From: a virus
Taxonomy: Duplodnaviria; Caudoviricetes
Length of the DNA stretch: 64,000 bases
Reading direction: 5' to 3' (one strand)
Virus record (IMG/VR): IMGVR_UViG_3300005805_000065
Coordinates: 1-64,000 of that record
This document shows positions 31,770 through 42,936 of the stretch, in pieces (the first letter of the stretch is position 1; every line of letters starts with the position of its first letter). The notes beneath the pieces were generated by a model. It was not told the origin of the DNA. It worked only from the letters and a program-made list of their open reading frames with translations, and ran no database searches. The position numbers and the translations under genes were made by a program.

Positions 31770-32560
31770 TGCAAAGAAAAGTAGCAATAGGTGATATTGC
31801 AATTTTTGGTGAAATGGACATGCTCTATAACCAAGTTCGTGTTCTTGAGGCAAGGCAAAATGAAACTCAATTTAAATGCCTTGGATCCGGCACATGTTGC
31901 AAGATAGGAATTACTATACACATGGCTGAGTGTGCAAATATTGCTTACAATATAAACAGGCAATATTATTTGCATCTTGAAAATAAAGGTGAGCAGTTTG
32001 CAAAAGAATGGTTTGATGAAGTTGTAAATAACTTAAAAGAAGCTATGTATGACGATAGCTGGGAATTTGGCGGCGAAACAAAAAGATGGTGCGCGTTTTA
32101 TAAAAACGGTTGTACTATTTATGGTTTTCGACCGATGGTATGTAGAAGTTTTGGCACGATAGCCGGAGTTGATGACTACTGCCCTCGTATTAGAAATGCT
32201 TATGGTAATATCGATTTCTTTGCCGGGGAGCCAGTCGAGAATACAATTAGGCAATTTCAATTCTTATTAAAGAAATACGCCGAAGATAAAGATTCAAATT
32301 ACGATGTTGTTGTGTATATGCCATTAGGTGTTCTTAGTTTTTTGATCTCCACAGAGGAGTTGCAAAAATTAGCTGACACTACAGACGATAAGATGTGGCG
32401 AGCCGTTCAAGGATGGTACAATTATAGAGTTGAGTACACAAAAATTCATGGGTTGCCGCTACCAAGATTAAAGCAAGAAGCCGAGGCTGCCGGTGGAGTG
32501 ATTGGATTTAAAATTGATGAAGATACAATGGACAACAGCAGTAGTATTGAGCAAGTCTGA
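31769..32560 (+). CDS. YkgJ/CxxCxxCC-type Fe-S cluster protein
   Basis: CLGSGTCC...CAFY.NGCTIYGFRPMVCRSF. Confidence 0.8.
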   Translation: MQRKVAIGDIAIFGEMDMLYNQVRVLEARQNETQFKCLGSGTCCKIGITIHMAECANIAYNINRQYYLHLENKGEQFAKEWFDEVVNNLKEAMYDDSWEFGGETKRWCAFYKNGCTIYGFRPMVCRSFGTIAGVDDYCPRIRNAYGNIDFFAGEPVENTIRQFQFLLKKYAEDKDSNYDVVVYMPLGVLSFLISTEELQKLADTTDDKMWRAVQGWYNYRVEYTKIHGLPLPRLKQEAEAAGGVIGFKIDEDTMDNSSSIEQV

Positions 32561-33611
32561 GGGCTACAGTGATTCTGCCTCATATCTTAAATTTCATTTA
32601 GCAAAAGACTTTGATTTAATTGAAGATAATATAACTGATCCAAGTCGGGAGCAGTTGGATGAGATAAGAAAGATGCATAATGCTGGGATAGGGTTTATGT
32701 ATGAAAAAACTACAAGGTCTGCTGATGTTTATGTGCACAATGCACTTCCAATAATTTTTAGTAAAAAATCTGGATATAATGTATGCTTCACATATTGGGA
32801 GACAAACAAAATACCCTCCGGTTGGCTGGATTCAATCAACAGTGCAGATGAGCTATGGACAACATCCAAATGGGCTAAAGATGTATTTATCAATTCTGGT
32901 GTCAAGATACCTGTGTATGATTTCAAGCTTGGTGTTAATTCCTTGAATTACTTCCCGCCAGCAAAGCCCAAAGATCTGGTAAAAGATAAATTTACCTTCT
33001 TGTGCATAGGCTCTCCTTCGACTCGTAAGAACTCCCAGATGTCCGTAGACGCTTTTCTAAAGCTGTTTAGTGGCAATGACAGATTCCACATGATTTATAA
33101 ATCAAATGGTCCCCCAGACGCTAGGTTGAACAATAATATTCCTGATGCAAGAATGCCATTAAATGCGCACTCTAGGATAAAAGTTATTGACTGGCAGGTT
33201 AGTGAGGAAGATCTTGCTGGGATATACGATCAAGTTGATTGCGTTCTTTACCCTACAAGCGGTGAAGGATGGGGCTTGCTTCCTATTCAAGGTATAGCTA
33301 AAGGGATCCCGACTATTTGCACTAATGCAACTGCATGCACAGAGTTTGCAGAGCTGTCTATTCCTCTTAATTTTAAATGGGGAACAAAGAATATGTTTGG
33401 CATTTACGATGGATGTGGTGACTGGGCTGAGCCGGATTTCGATGATTTATGTGATAAAATGTTATATGTTGTAAATAACTATGATGAGGCTGCTAAAAAG
33501 ACATTTGATGGCGCACAATGGGTTCACCAAAATCTTACTTGGGATAAGGTAAGTGAGGGATATAAAGAGAGATTATGTCAGATATCGAGCACGTTAAAAA
33601 CAAATCTTTAA
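32517..33611 (+). CDS. Glycosyltransferase (GT-B fold, GT4-like)
   Basis: RKNSQ, YDQVDCVLYPTSGEGWGLLPIQGIAKGIPTI. Confidence 0.85.
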   Translation: MKIQWTTAVVLSKSEGYSDSASYLKFHLAKDFDLIEDNITDPSREQLDEIRKMHNAGIGFMYEKTTRSADVYVHNALPIIFSKKSGYNVCFTYWETNKIPSGWLDSINSADELWTTSKWAKDVFINSGVKIPVYDFKLGVNSLNYFPPAKPKDLVKDKFTFLCIGSPSTRKNSQMSVDAFLKLFSGNDRFHMIYKSNGPPDARLNNNIPDARMPLNAHSRIKVIDWQVSEEDLAGIYDQVDCVLYPTSGEGWGLLPIQGIAKGIPTICTNATACTEFAELSIPLNFKWGTKNMFGIYDGCGDWAEPDFDDLCDKMLYVVNNYDEAAKKTFDGAQWVHQNLTWDKVSEGYKERLCQISSTLKTNL

Positions 33612-34183
33612 TTGATAAAATTAAAGATGTAGAGCAAGTTGGATTGCTGCATGTTAAAGGATACAGCAATAGGGAAATTGGCGCTCTCATGTCATTAAAG
33701 CCAAATGAAGTCAAAGAGTATGTTGAAGAATATAAAAATATTTTAAATAAAACTGTAGAGGAAGATCCCTACTTTTTAGAGCGCGTTCAGTTTAATACAA
33801 TAAAAGCCTTGCAAGAGTTTGATCAGCTAAGCAAGGAGGCTTGGGAGACAATCACTATTGCTACTGACAATGGAATGGTCGCTGCAAGAATACAGGCAAT
33901 TAAGCTTGCCGGGGAAATAGCCGGGAAAAAAGCTCAGTTACATAAGCTGATGGGCGGCAATCAGGCTGATGGAGAATACATTGCAAGAATGCAGAAAGCA
34001 GAGAATGTTAATCAAATTCTGTCTAAGATATTGAGGGATGTTATTGGCAAGCACCCGGCAATTGCGGAAGAAGTTAGGAAAGAATTAGAAATCGCATTTG
34101 AAATTATGTCCGGAGAAAGAGTTGATCTTTCTAAAGAGGGCGCTATTGATACAGATTCATCAGAATTTGAGAACGAGAATTAG
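33575..34183 (+). CDS. Putative terminase small subunit (N-terminal HTH)
   Basis: KGYSNREIGALMSL HTH plus helical body; directly upstream of terL. Confidence 0.6.
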   Translation: MSDIEHVKNKSLIDKIKDVEQVGLLHVKGYSNREIGALMSLKPNEVKEYVEEYKNILNKTVEEDPYFLERVQFNTIKALQEFDQLSKEAWETITIATDNGMVAARIQAIKLAGEIAGKKAQLHKLMGGNQADGEYIARMQKAENVNQILSKILRDVIGKHPAIAEEVRKELEIAFEIMSGERVDLSKEGAIDTDSSEFENEN

Positions 34184-34306
34184 AGCCTTTATGTCAGAAT
34201 TTGAGAACGCTGTTTGGACCCTTTATGCCCAGAATTTGAGAACGGATTTTGAAGCCTTTATGTCATTTAACCAGAATTTGAGAACGGGTTTTGACCCCTT
34301 TATGTC
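34161..34306 (+). repeat. Four tandem bipartite repeats CAGAATTTGAGAACG-N10-CCTTTATGY
   Basis: Copies start at 34161, 34195, 34230 and 34272. Confidence 0.95.
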
Positions 34307-34324
34307 ATATGTTGGAGAATAATT

Positions 34325-36064
34325 ATGTCTGAGTATCTTGGAATTAATTTGGAATTTGCAGACTTTGATAGATTGCTTAGGCAAGATGAATTGATGGAAC
34401 AACCTGTATCTATTGAAACATTCGTACAAGAAAAGAAATATCTTGGGCTGCCGCCATTGTCTCCTATACAACTTGAAATAGTCCGGCACAGTACGCAGAT
34501 CTTTAAGCTGCCTACTTTGCAAAAGCTTATGGGTGAACATGAAGGTCTCGAATACTATAAGAAATATACAGATAATGAAGTGATTTGCATGTTAGGTAAA
34601 GGTTCTGGGAAAGACCACTGTAGCAGAATTTCCATCGCTTACACGGCGTATTTGCTACATTGTTTGCGTGATCCTCTCGGTTATTATGGCAAAGCAAATG
34701 GTGTATACATCGACCTATTAAACCTTGCCGTAAACGCGCAGCAGGCTCAAAGAGTTTTTTTCGAGCCCTTAAAAAATCTATTGCTTGGGTCTCCGTATTT
34801 TAATAGCGTTGGATTTGAACCCAGAGTTTCAGAAATATTTTTCTTTTCCAGACCGGTAAGGTTATTCTCAGGTCACTCAGAAAGTGAAGGCTGGGAAGGT
34901 TATGAAGTATTAACTATAGTCTTAGACGAAATATCAGCTTTTAAAACAGATACTGAATTAAAAGGTGACACTAGAGCTAAAGGATCAGCTTCTGCAATCT
35001 ATAACATGAGTAAGTTATCCGTAATGTCAAGATTCCCAGAAGTTGGAAAAGTAATTCTATTGTCATTCCCTAGATATAAAGGTGACTTTATTCAGCAGAG
35101 ATATTTTGGTGCTAGAGATAAAAATGAGCCAAAAACGTGGTCTATAAAAGCGGCAACTTGGGAAGTTAATCCAACAATAAAAAGATCTGATCTTGAATCT
35201 GAATACATAAGAAATCCAATAGAAGCTGCATCAAGATTTGAGTGTGAACCACCTACAATGGAAGACGCATATTTTAGAGATGAAGAATTAGTTAGAAAAG
35301 CATTTATGTACGCAGATGATCCAGTAGATGAAGATGGAAGATTTCATAAATGGTTTAATAGCTCTGATGGTCATAGAAGATTTATACACGTTGACCTAGG
35401 ATTTAAGAGAGATAGATCTGCTTTATGCATGACTCATTGTGCTGGATTTAAAGAAGTTAAAACATCGATGGGTGTAGAAAAGCTCCCAGTTATAAATGTT
35501 GATTTAGTATATTCATGGGAAGCTGCTCCTGGCGAAGAAATTAATTTTGCGTCTGTTAGGCAGATGATCGTGGATTTATGTAGAAAATTTGATGTAGCTA
35601 AAGTTACGTTTGATAGATGGCAATCTATTGAAATGATTCAGAGTTTGAGAGCGCAAGGAATCGCTGCAGACTTTCATAGCGTTAAGAAGAGTGACTATGA
35701 CACATTGATGACATCTATATATGATACAAGATTAAGAGGGTATTGGAATGAAATATTGGTAAATGAAGAGCTCCTTAAGCTTAGATTATTTAGTAATAAT
35801 AAAATCGATCACCCTTCTAGTGGTTCAAAAGATATGGCAGACGCACTAGCCGGCTCAGTATATAGTTGTGTAGAAAATATAGCAGTCGAACAAGAAGTTG
35901 AGATAGAAGTCTTAGATTTTTCTGTACAGTCAGAGATTGATGAAGATCTCGAAGATTTTGGTACAGTAAGCGTGTATAATCATAATTTGAGACAATTCAC
36001 GCCGGGATATAAAGAAACTAATGTGCCGGGTCAGGAGGTGGGAAAATGGATAGAATCGATATAA
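34325..36064 (+). CDS. terL: Terminase large subunit
   Basis: GKGSGKD Walker A, VLDE Walker B, HVDLG nuclease motif, DHP..GSKDMADALAG. Confidence 0.92.
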   Translation: MSEYLGINLEFADFDRLLRQDELMEQPVSIETFVQEKKYLGLPPLSPIQLEIVRHSTQIFKLPTLQKLMGEHEGLEYYKKYTDNEVICMLGKGSGKDHCSRISIAYTAYLLHCLRDPLGYYGKANGVYIDLLNLAVNAQQAQRVFFEPLKNLLLGSPYFNSVGFEPRVSEIFFFSRPVRLFSGHSESEGWEGYEVLTIVLDEISAFKTDTELKGDTRAKGSASAIYNMSKLSVMSRFPEVGKVILLSFPRYKGDFIQQRYFGARDKNEPKTWSIKAATWEVNPTIKRSDLESEYIRNPIEAASRFECEPPTMEDAYFRDEELVRKAFMYADDPVDEDGRFHKWFNSSDGHRRFIHVDLGFKRDRSALCMTHCAGFKEVKTSMGVEKLPVINVDLVYSWEAAPGEEINFASVRQMIVDLCRKFDVAKVTFDRWQSIEMIQSLRAQGIAADFHSVKKSDYDTLMTSIYDTRLRGYWNEILVNEELLKLRLFSNNKIDHPSSGSKDMADALAGSVYSCVENIAVEQEVEIEVLDFSVQSEIDEDLEDFGTVSVYNHNLRQFTPGYKETNVPGQEVGKWIESI

Positions 36065-36222
36065 ATAAAAACATACAAGTTGAAGCAGCAGAAGTCATAG
36101 CTATTCTTACAGACAAGATCGCTGACTTGACAGCTCAAAATGCAGTTCTTACTGCACAAGTAAATGGATTGGTTAGAATGATCAATCAGACACAGGAAAA
36201 AAACTCTTTGAAAGAAGTTTAG
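36046..36222 (+). CDS. Small coiled-coil protein (not in the ORF track)
   Basis: SD GGAGG; MDRIDINKN...LTAQNAVLTAQV, 58 aa. Confidence 0.55.
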   Translation: MDRIDINKNIQVEAAEVIAILTDKIADLTAQNAVLTAQVNGLVRMINQTQEKNSLKEV

Positions 36223-36309
36223 CGAACGCTGTATAGTCTTTTGCAAATATGCTACGCTCTACCTTGTCGTCGCATGGCGATAAAAACAACTAGTAAATAG
36301 GAGCATAAA

Positions 36310-36651
36310 ATGCAAATTAATCAAGCAAGTAATTTCCCAGTTATTTCACGCAGTGGTCGTACATCTGCTGATCTTCAGCAAATTATCGATACATTGGTGC
36401 TGTCATCTGAAACCGGAAATGCATATTCAATTGCAGGAATTCAGGCTGGCAAGAGATACAATTCAATGCAACAGAGAATTCGTGCTCAGGCTAAAAAGTT
36501 AAATCTGCATGTTCAGATTCACTTTGATAAAGTCAATGAAACTCTTTATTTCAGAGTTCCTGGAAAAGATGACGTGCAAGTAACCATCACCAAGAATACC
36601 TCGGTGAAGGCAAAGGATGTTAAAAACGTCAAGACCACGGTTAAGGCGTAA
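36310..36651 (+). CDS. Small putative DNA-binding protein
   Basis: SD AGGAG; ISRSGR basic arm followed by an alpha/beta body; followed by a terminator. Confidence 0.55.
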   Translation: MQINQASNFPVISRSGRTSADLQQIIDTLVLSSETGNAYSIAGIQAGKRYNSMQQRIRAQAKKLNLHVQIHFDKVNETLYFRVPGKDDVQVTITKNTSVKAKDVKNVKTTVKA

Positions 36652-36688
36652 TTAACAAATCTAGAAACAAATAGCAATATTTTTTCGG

Positions 36689-36715
36689 GTGGGGCGCAAG
36701 CCCCACTTTTTTTTT
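36689..36715 (+). terminator. Rho-independent terminator
   Basis: GTGGGGC-GCAA-GCCCCAC followed by T9. Confidence 0.92.
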
Positions 36716-36729
36716 AGTATACTTTGCTT

Positions 36730-37548
36730 ATGCCATTATTTGAGACACAAAAAATCGAAATTAGCAAAGAAATCACTTCTAAGTGGAATGTTCTAATCGC
36801 AATACCTTGTTATGATCAATTAATATCTGAACCGACAGTTTTATCATTAATCAAAACTATGATGTATTTTAGAGATCATGGAATTAAATTCGGTCTCTGC
36901 ACAATTACTGACAGCCTAATCAACAGGGCTAGAAATAATGTTGTTGCCAAGTTTATGGCGTTTGATAAAGCTACGCATTTAATGTTTATTGATGCTGACA
37001 TTGCGTGGGAGCCGGAAGCTATTATAAAGCTTCTTTGGCATGATAAAGATGTTATTACTGCAGCTTACCCAATAAAACAAATTGAGTGGGGTAGGGTTGA
37101 AGAAAATGTAAAGGCTGGAATGTCAAAAGATCTGCTTTTAGAAAACAGCGTTAGATTTGTTGTCAACCCTGTTAAAACTGCAGACAATAGAACTCTTAAT
37201 GTAAGCAATGGTGCGATAGAAATCTTTGATGCCGGCACAGGGTTTATGTTAATTAAGAAAGAAGTTATTCATAAATTAATTGAGAAGCACCCGGAGCTTA
37301 AATATAATGATGACACTGGTGCTTTAAATGACGAAGAAAAGAATTGGACTTATGCTTTCTTTAATTCGTATATTGATCCACATCTTAATAGATTCCTTTC
37401 TGAAGATTATGGATTCTGTAGGTATTGGCAAAACATTGGCGGCAAGATTTGGGTTGAGCCAGGTATTGAATTAACACATATAGGTCGTATGAAATATAAA
37501 GGAACTATGATGTCATTCATAGAGAAGCACGCAAAGGTAGTCGAGTAA
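36730..37548 (+). CDS. Glycosyltransferase (GT-A fold, GT2-like)
   Basis: SLINRARN, THLMFIDADI, LSEDYGFC; TATACT 6 nt before ATG 36730. Confidence 0.8.
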   Translation: MPLFETQKIEISKEITSKWNVLIAIPCYDQLISEPTVLSLIKTMMYFRDHGIKFGLCTITDSLINRARNNVVAKFMAFDKATHLMFIDADIAWEPEAIIKLLWHDKDVITAAYPIKQIEWGRVEENVKAGMSKDLLLENSVRFVVNPVKTADNRTLNVSNGAIEIFDAGTGFMLIKKEVIHKLIEKHPELKYNDDTGALNDEEKNWTYAFFNSYIDPHLNRFLSEDYGFCRYWQNIGGKIWVEPGIELTHIGRMKYKGTMMSFIEKHAKVVE

Positions 37549-37845
37549 TTTGGAATCGGTTTGAAAAGTGGATTTTATTTACAAGCCCTGATACCCTAAG
37601 AAACATATACTAAAATTCATAGAAAAATAGAAAAGAACACGGGTGGTTCATTTGCTATATTCTTTAGTGATGTCCGGTAAACGTATATTAAATTTTGTTT
37701 ATTAATTGGTTCATAACGAGCCCCGCAAAATAGTTATTTAGATCGTTGTCCGATCATTCTTTAATAAAGCCTTTATGGCTGCTGTTTAGCCCTGTGCGAT
37801 TTCCTGTGCGAAAAAAAGAATTTCAAATATTTCTTTCCCGCGAGG

Positions 37846-37898
37846 TTGTTGTTTTTTTTTCTATGCGATACCCTGACTAGGTCGCACCCAATGCGACC
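37846..37898 (+). promoter_or_regulatory. Putative sigma-A promoter driving the accessory array, followed by a 5' hairpin
   Basis: TTGTTG-17bp-TACCCT then GGTCGCA-cccaa-TGCGACC. Confidence 0.4.
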
Positions 37899-40800
37899 AT
37901 AAATAACTTTACAAATAAATAAATAAACAACCTAAGAAAGGCATTATTCGTGACAAATCTATCTGATTACAAACAGTGTTACACAGACGCATTGGCATAC
38001 GCATTGCGTAATGCCAAGATAGACTTAGAGTTTCTCAAAGTTTATCGCAAACTTATTGGCTTAGAACTAGCGTTCGGCACAACTGAGTATGGTACTATTA
38101 CTCATTTCAAAGACATTAGTGAACGCCGTGATACACGCACATACGCTATTACAAACAAAGGCTTTGAGTTTGAGTGTAATCAGTTATTGGATTTGCTATT
38201 GCTTATCCAAATGCGAGCCGAAGGTAAAGAGATTGTTTATCCACAAGGTTCAGATTACGCACAGTCTTGGGTAAAACCAAAGCGTAGGCGTAAAACAAAA
38301 GTAGTTGATGGTTCTATGTTTATTCACCCATCACAGTTTGATTATTACACAAACGGAAAGAAAGGTAAATAGCAATGGCTAAAATCAGTCTCAAAGATGT
38401 GGAAAATCGTATTGTAAAGCGAACGGTTGTTCCATACGCAAAATCTAATAAAGTCAATGTAAATGACTTGATAAAGTCTGGTCGCATTCGTAAACGAAAG
38501 AAAAAGAAAGTCGTACACAAATCTTTCCCTGTAAAGTGTATTACATACGATACACCAGAAGAAATTCAATTTATGAAGTCATTACTTCGTATGCGAGTTA
38601 TTACAAATACTCACAAAGGCATTACTATTGACCTAGGTGAAGAAGATTTATTTCTTCGCCTAAATCAAATCGATCAACTCAAACTCATTATTGGACTGCT
38701 TCAATCTGGTATTGATGTAACTATTGATGAGTGTGTTGAGCAATCAAATGACGAAAACATCAAGCAAATCAAAGCTAAACTAGATAGCCTAGAAAAGCTG
38801 GAAGCTGAAAGGCAACTACAAAAAGTAGCGACATTAGAAAAGCTAATGTGGATTCGTTATGGCAACAAAGGCAATCGCGATCCAATTCAAAAACAAAAAG
38901 AACTTGCTGAGTTTAGACAGCAAATGAAAGAAATACGAAAGGCAAAAGGTTTAGAGTAGTGGATAATAAAACTAAAAATCAACTTCTAAACGAACTTGAA
39001 AATTTAACTAGAAATATGGATATTCCTTTGAATAAGCAAAAAGACCCACATTGGTTATCTAGAAATGCTGATATAAATAATCCTGGTCATAAAAACCTTG
39101 ATAAGATTACAAAAATTTGTAAACTTCTAATGAAAGAAGAAAGCAATGGCTAAATGTGTTTATTGCAATAATGAGTACATAGAAGAAAGAAAAGAAGCCG
39201 GCTTTGATTATTGTCTATCAGATTCTTGTTATAAACAAGGAGTTGATAAAACAGAAAGGGAGTTTAGAAAAGAATACACTCCGGCACTATTGCATAAATC
39301 AAATTATTTCTGGATCAAAAAAACAGAACTAGCAACCCTAAATACAAGAGGAGATTTACCAAACCAATGAAGAAAAATTGTACAACTTGTAATCAAGAGC
39401 TAAAACCGGTATTTGAAAACTTTCCATTTAGCAAAGAGAGATTGCTTCAAATAGATTCCGGCATTTCATTTGCTATTTACGGTGGATATGGCGAGTTCTT
39501 TGATTCACCTTTTGAAAAAGATGGCTACGAAGAACCAAGTGAATTTAATCTTTGTCATAATTGCGCTGTTAAAGTGTTTGAAATACTTGATCCAAAACTT
39601 AGATTTAAAGGTGGACATCCAACAATAAATGAAGATGGTTCAAAATGCTGTAAATGGGCATGGACAAAAGAAGAAGTAGAGCTGGAAAGTGAAGGGATTT
39701 AAAATGATAAGCAAAAAAGTTTTTGATAAAAATAAAATTCAACATAGAGAAGTGGATATTTTGTGTTGGAAAGAATCAAACACGACACCATCGCATTATG
39801 AAAATTTTGAAGCTTTTTATATGATTAAAATGTATTTGATTAGTTATGATAGTGACAGAGAAATCAAAGTTAAATTTAATAACAAGTACAAGATAATCAA
39901 ATATCTTGATATTGCTTTAAACGATAGAGATTGCTTTGTTATAAATGGCAGGCTTTATGGTAGTGAAGCTGACCTTGAGGTTCTTAGTAAAGAAGCTCAA
40001 ATTATTGATCCAATAATTGAACAAAAAAAACGAGATAGTTGGAAAGGATTTTTCAATGAAAAATGAAGCAGAATGGAAAGAGTGGGAAGAATTGGGTAAT
40101 CATTATTATCTGATTGGAAAACACAGAGAAGGGAATGAATGTTATGCCATTGCTGAAAAAATTCGTGGTATGACAGATTCAGATAGAGCAATGATCATTG
40201 CAAAACTATGGGAAGCAAAAAAAGAAGGCAAATTTAATGAGTAATGATTTTAATGAATGGATGTTTAAACATAAAAAGATGATTGAAAAATTAACAAATA
40301 AAAACAATCAAAGCTCGATTCAAATTAAATGGAAAGGTGCAAAAGTGAATAATTATTACAAGAATTGGCAATACAGTGACACCAAAGAAGTAATTGGAGT
40401 GCATGAATTAATACAGCCATATGATTGGGAATTGGATACAGAAATGAATGAAGACTTTGAACTCTGGAAAGAAGAACTAGGAGAAAACAATGACTGAAGC
40501 AAATATGATTGAATTGGTTGATCTTGTACAACAAGCTCTTGCACAAGAATCTGCAAATACAAAAGTTGTGATGCAAATACTGAATGAACTGCAAAAAGTT
40601 AATTCAGCATTGGCAGATCGAGTGGAAACACTTGAAAAACAAGTTATTACAATTATTACCACCATCAGGGAGAACCAGTAATGAAAAATCACTACAACGT
40701 GTTTAAAACAACATATGACGGTCAATATCTAATAATGCAAGAAAAAGCATGGCTCTTTCAAAATGAAAGAGAAAATGATGGCTTTACACCAAGACCAGTG

Positions 40801-41060
40801 CCAGACAAATTTTTTGAATATGTATTTCTTGGCACTATTAAAGAATATCTGAATACAGATTACAACATTACACAGTATAAGTGGAATGCAAATAATCGAG
40901 ACAATACAAAATTTATTCGTAAATGGAAATTTGCAATTCAAATGATTTATCCATATATTGGTTCAGACGATAGAAAACTTGGAAAACACGTAATCTCATT
41001 GTATTTAGTTGGCAATGATGATGAAGTTTTTCAATATCGTAGAATCTGGGAAGAATTGTA

Positions 41061-41245
41061 AATAGAATAGAAATAGGCTAGCCTAACTCCTTTCTTCAGG
41101 TGAAGGGAAATATGTATGATTGTAACAAATCATATTAAAGTATAGTTACATTATTATAACTATATCTATAAGCTTTTATTCGTTCAGGTTGTGCTTATAG
41201 ATGAAGACACGGGTACAAATGTTTCCCGCCTATTTCTATTGTATT
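41061..41245 (+). ncRNA. Candidate multi-stem structured ncRNA
   Basis: 18-bp closing stem 41061-41078/41228-41245 (one G-G mismatch) enclosing four to five hairpins; strand inferred from flanking genes. Confidence 0.55.
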
Positions 41246-41279
41246 AACAATAACCACAAGTAAAAACAAGGAGAAAGCA

Positions 41280-41696
41280 ATGCCCACAGATTATTTAGAA
41301 TTTGACACAGTTCCTAGTAGTGAACCTTGTGTACAAACTCTTGATGAAAATTACCGGAACTTAGCAATTTTAGAAGCTGATGTATTGATTGATCAATTGA
41401 AGCGAACATACCCACAAGCACACCCACTTGGTATTGATTTTAAAAGAACATATAACAATCATGATTTTGGGCAATACATAGGAATTAAAATAATCTTTAA
41501 CACAGATATTCCAGACCATGATCTTGTTTATGATATTGATAAAAACTTTCCTGAATACTGGGATGAGATTTCAATATCTCGATTGTGGCAATCAAAAGAA
41601 TATTCTCATATTATGCAACAACGTGAAGATGAGAAAAACAATGGCGTTGAAGCAACAGATAGAATAGCATTTAACCAACTAGCAAGGGGGTATTAA
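41280..41696 (+). CDS. Conserved phage hypothetical protein
   Basis: SD AAGGAG; EPCVQ...HDFGQY motif. Confidence 0.6.
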   Translation: MPTDYLEFDTVPSSEPCVQTLDENYRNLAILEADVLIDQLKRTYPQAHPLGIDFKRTYNNHDFGQYIGIKIIFNTDIPDHDLVYDIDKNFPEYWDEISISRLWQSKEYSHIMQQREDEKNNGVEATDRIAFNQLARGY

Positions 41697-42936
41697 TAAT
41701 GGATCCTAAATTGGAAGATCTAAAAGAACAAATTATGAATTTTGACCATACATACGAAATGTCAGATGATAGTGGAGTATGGCGACAAGGCAGGAAAGAA
41801 GAAGAAGCAATTGTAGAAGTAACTAAAAATCTTTCTATTGCTGATAAAGAAAGACTTCTTGCTGCATGTAAATTAGAATACAATTCATGGGATCCTAAAA
41901 ATGATTTTGTAAACTATCCGCACAAAATTATTCAAAATAAAATTATTACATTGTGTGGATTTTCATTTAAAACCTATCACAATCTAGATGAACTACCTGA
42001 AGAGTATATGGAAAGATTTATTGAAAGAACTTTCGATAGACTGACAGATAGTGGACATTTGCATTTATTTGATGGTCCAATGGAAGATCACCCAAGATAT
42101 GAATGGGTTTGTGAAATAGCAGCAGAAAATTTTAAAGAAAAATATGCAGGAACTGGATTCACAGATAATGGGAGGCAAAGTGTTTGAATCATTTATGGTG
42201 TTAGTAATTGTTATTATTGCCGGCTTGATGGCTGGAATAGCAATGAAAAGTTTAACAATAAAAGATGAGGAATAATATGACTATAACAGAATCACAAGCT
42301 TTATTGAAAATAATGAAAGCAGTAGCAACACCTGGTGAACTAGCAACTGATGGTGAATGTTTAGATGAAATCATCTTCATTCTTGAAGAGCTAGGTATGC
42401 CAGTTCAACAAGAAATTAATAAAGCAAGAGCGCAATATGATGATGGTACATATACAGTTGAAAATGACACGGAAGGTGATAAATAATGCCATTAACATGG
42501 AATATTGGTGAAATTGCAATGTATAAAGATGATACAAGTATCGCATACATTGAAAGAGAAGAAGGCGGTCAAAAATACTACGACCTAGTTCCAGTAACTA
42601 AAACATTTATATTCTGGGGTGGAGCTGTTGCTATTGGTGAAATCAAAGAAAGCAATGCTGCTGAATATTATGGTCGTTCTAAAGCCATTGAAGAAATTAC
42701 TGGTCGATCATTTATGGAAGAATGGAAGAAAGATGAAAATGGCAATTGGCAACCATTTGATTTGTTTATGACAATGGATGATGTGAAAAGCCATATTGGT
42801 CTTTCAACAAATCATAGCACAAGAACACTTTCTGAATGGGTTAATAACTTCATTAGAAATAATAAGAGTGTTTCGCCAGAAGCGAAATCAGTAAAAGCAA
42901 TAGTTAATTATCACATTTATCAATATAATAGATGGG

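Noticed and set aside
34161-34306. Mini-CRISPR array
   Set aside because: The variable segments are only 10 nt and related to each other; no leader or cas operon
20027-36064. Inteins or introns in helicase, DnaE, RecA or TerL
   Set aside because: Proteins are of normal length with contiguous motifs; no C...HN/LAGLIDADG signatures seen
38237-38245. DnaA box TTATCCACA
   Set aside because: Single copy inside a coding sequence; expected by chance in AT-rich DNA
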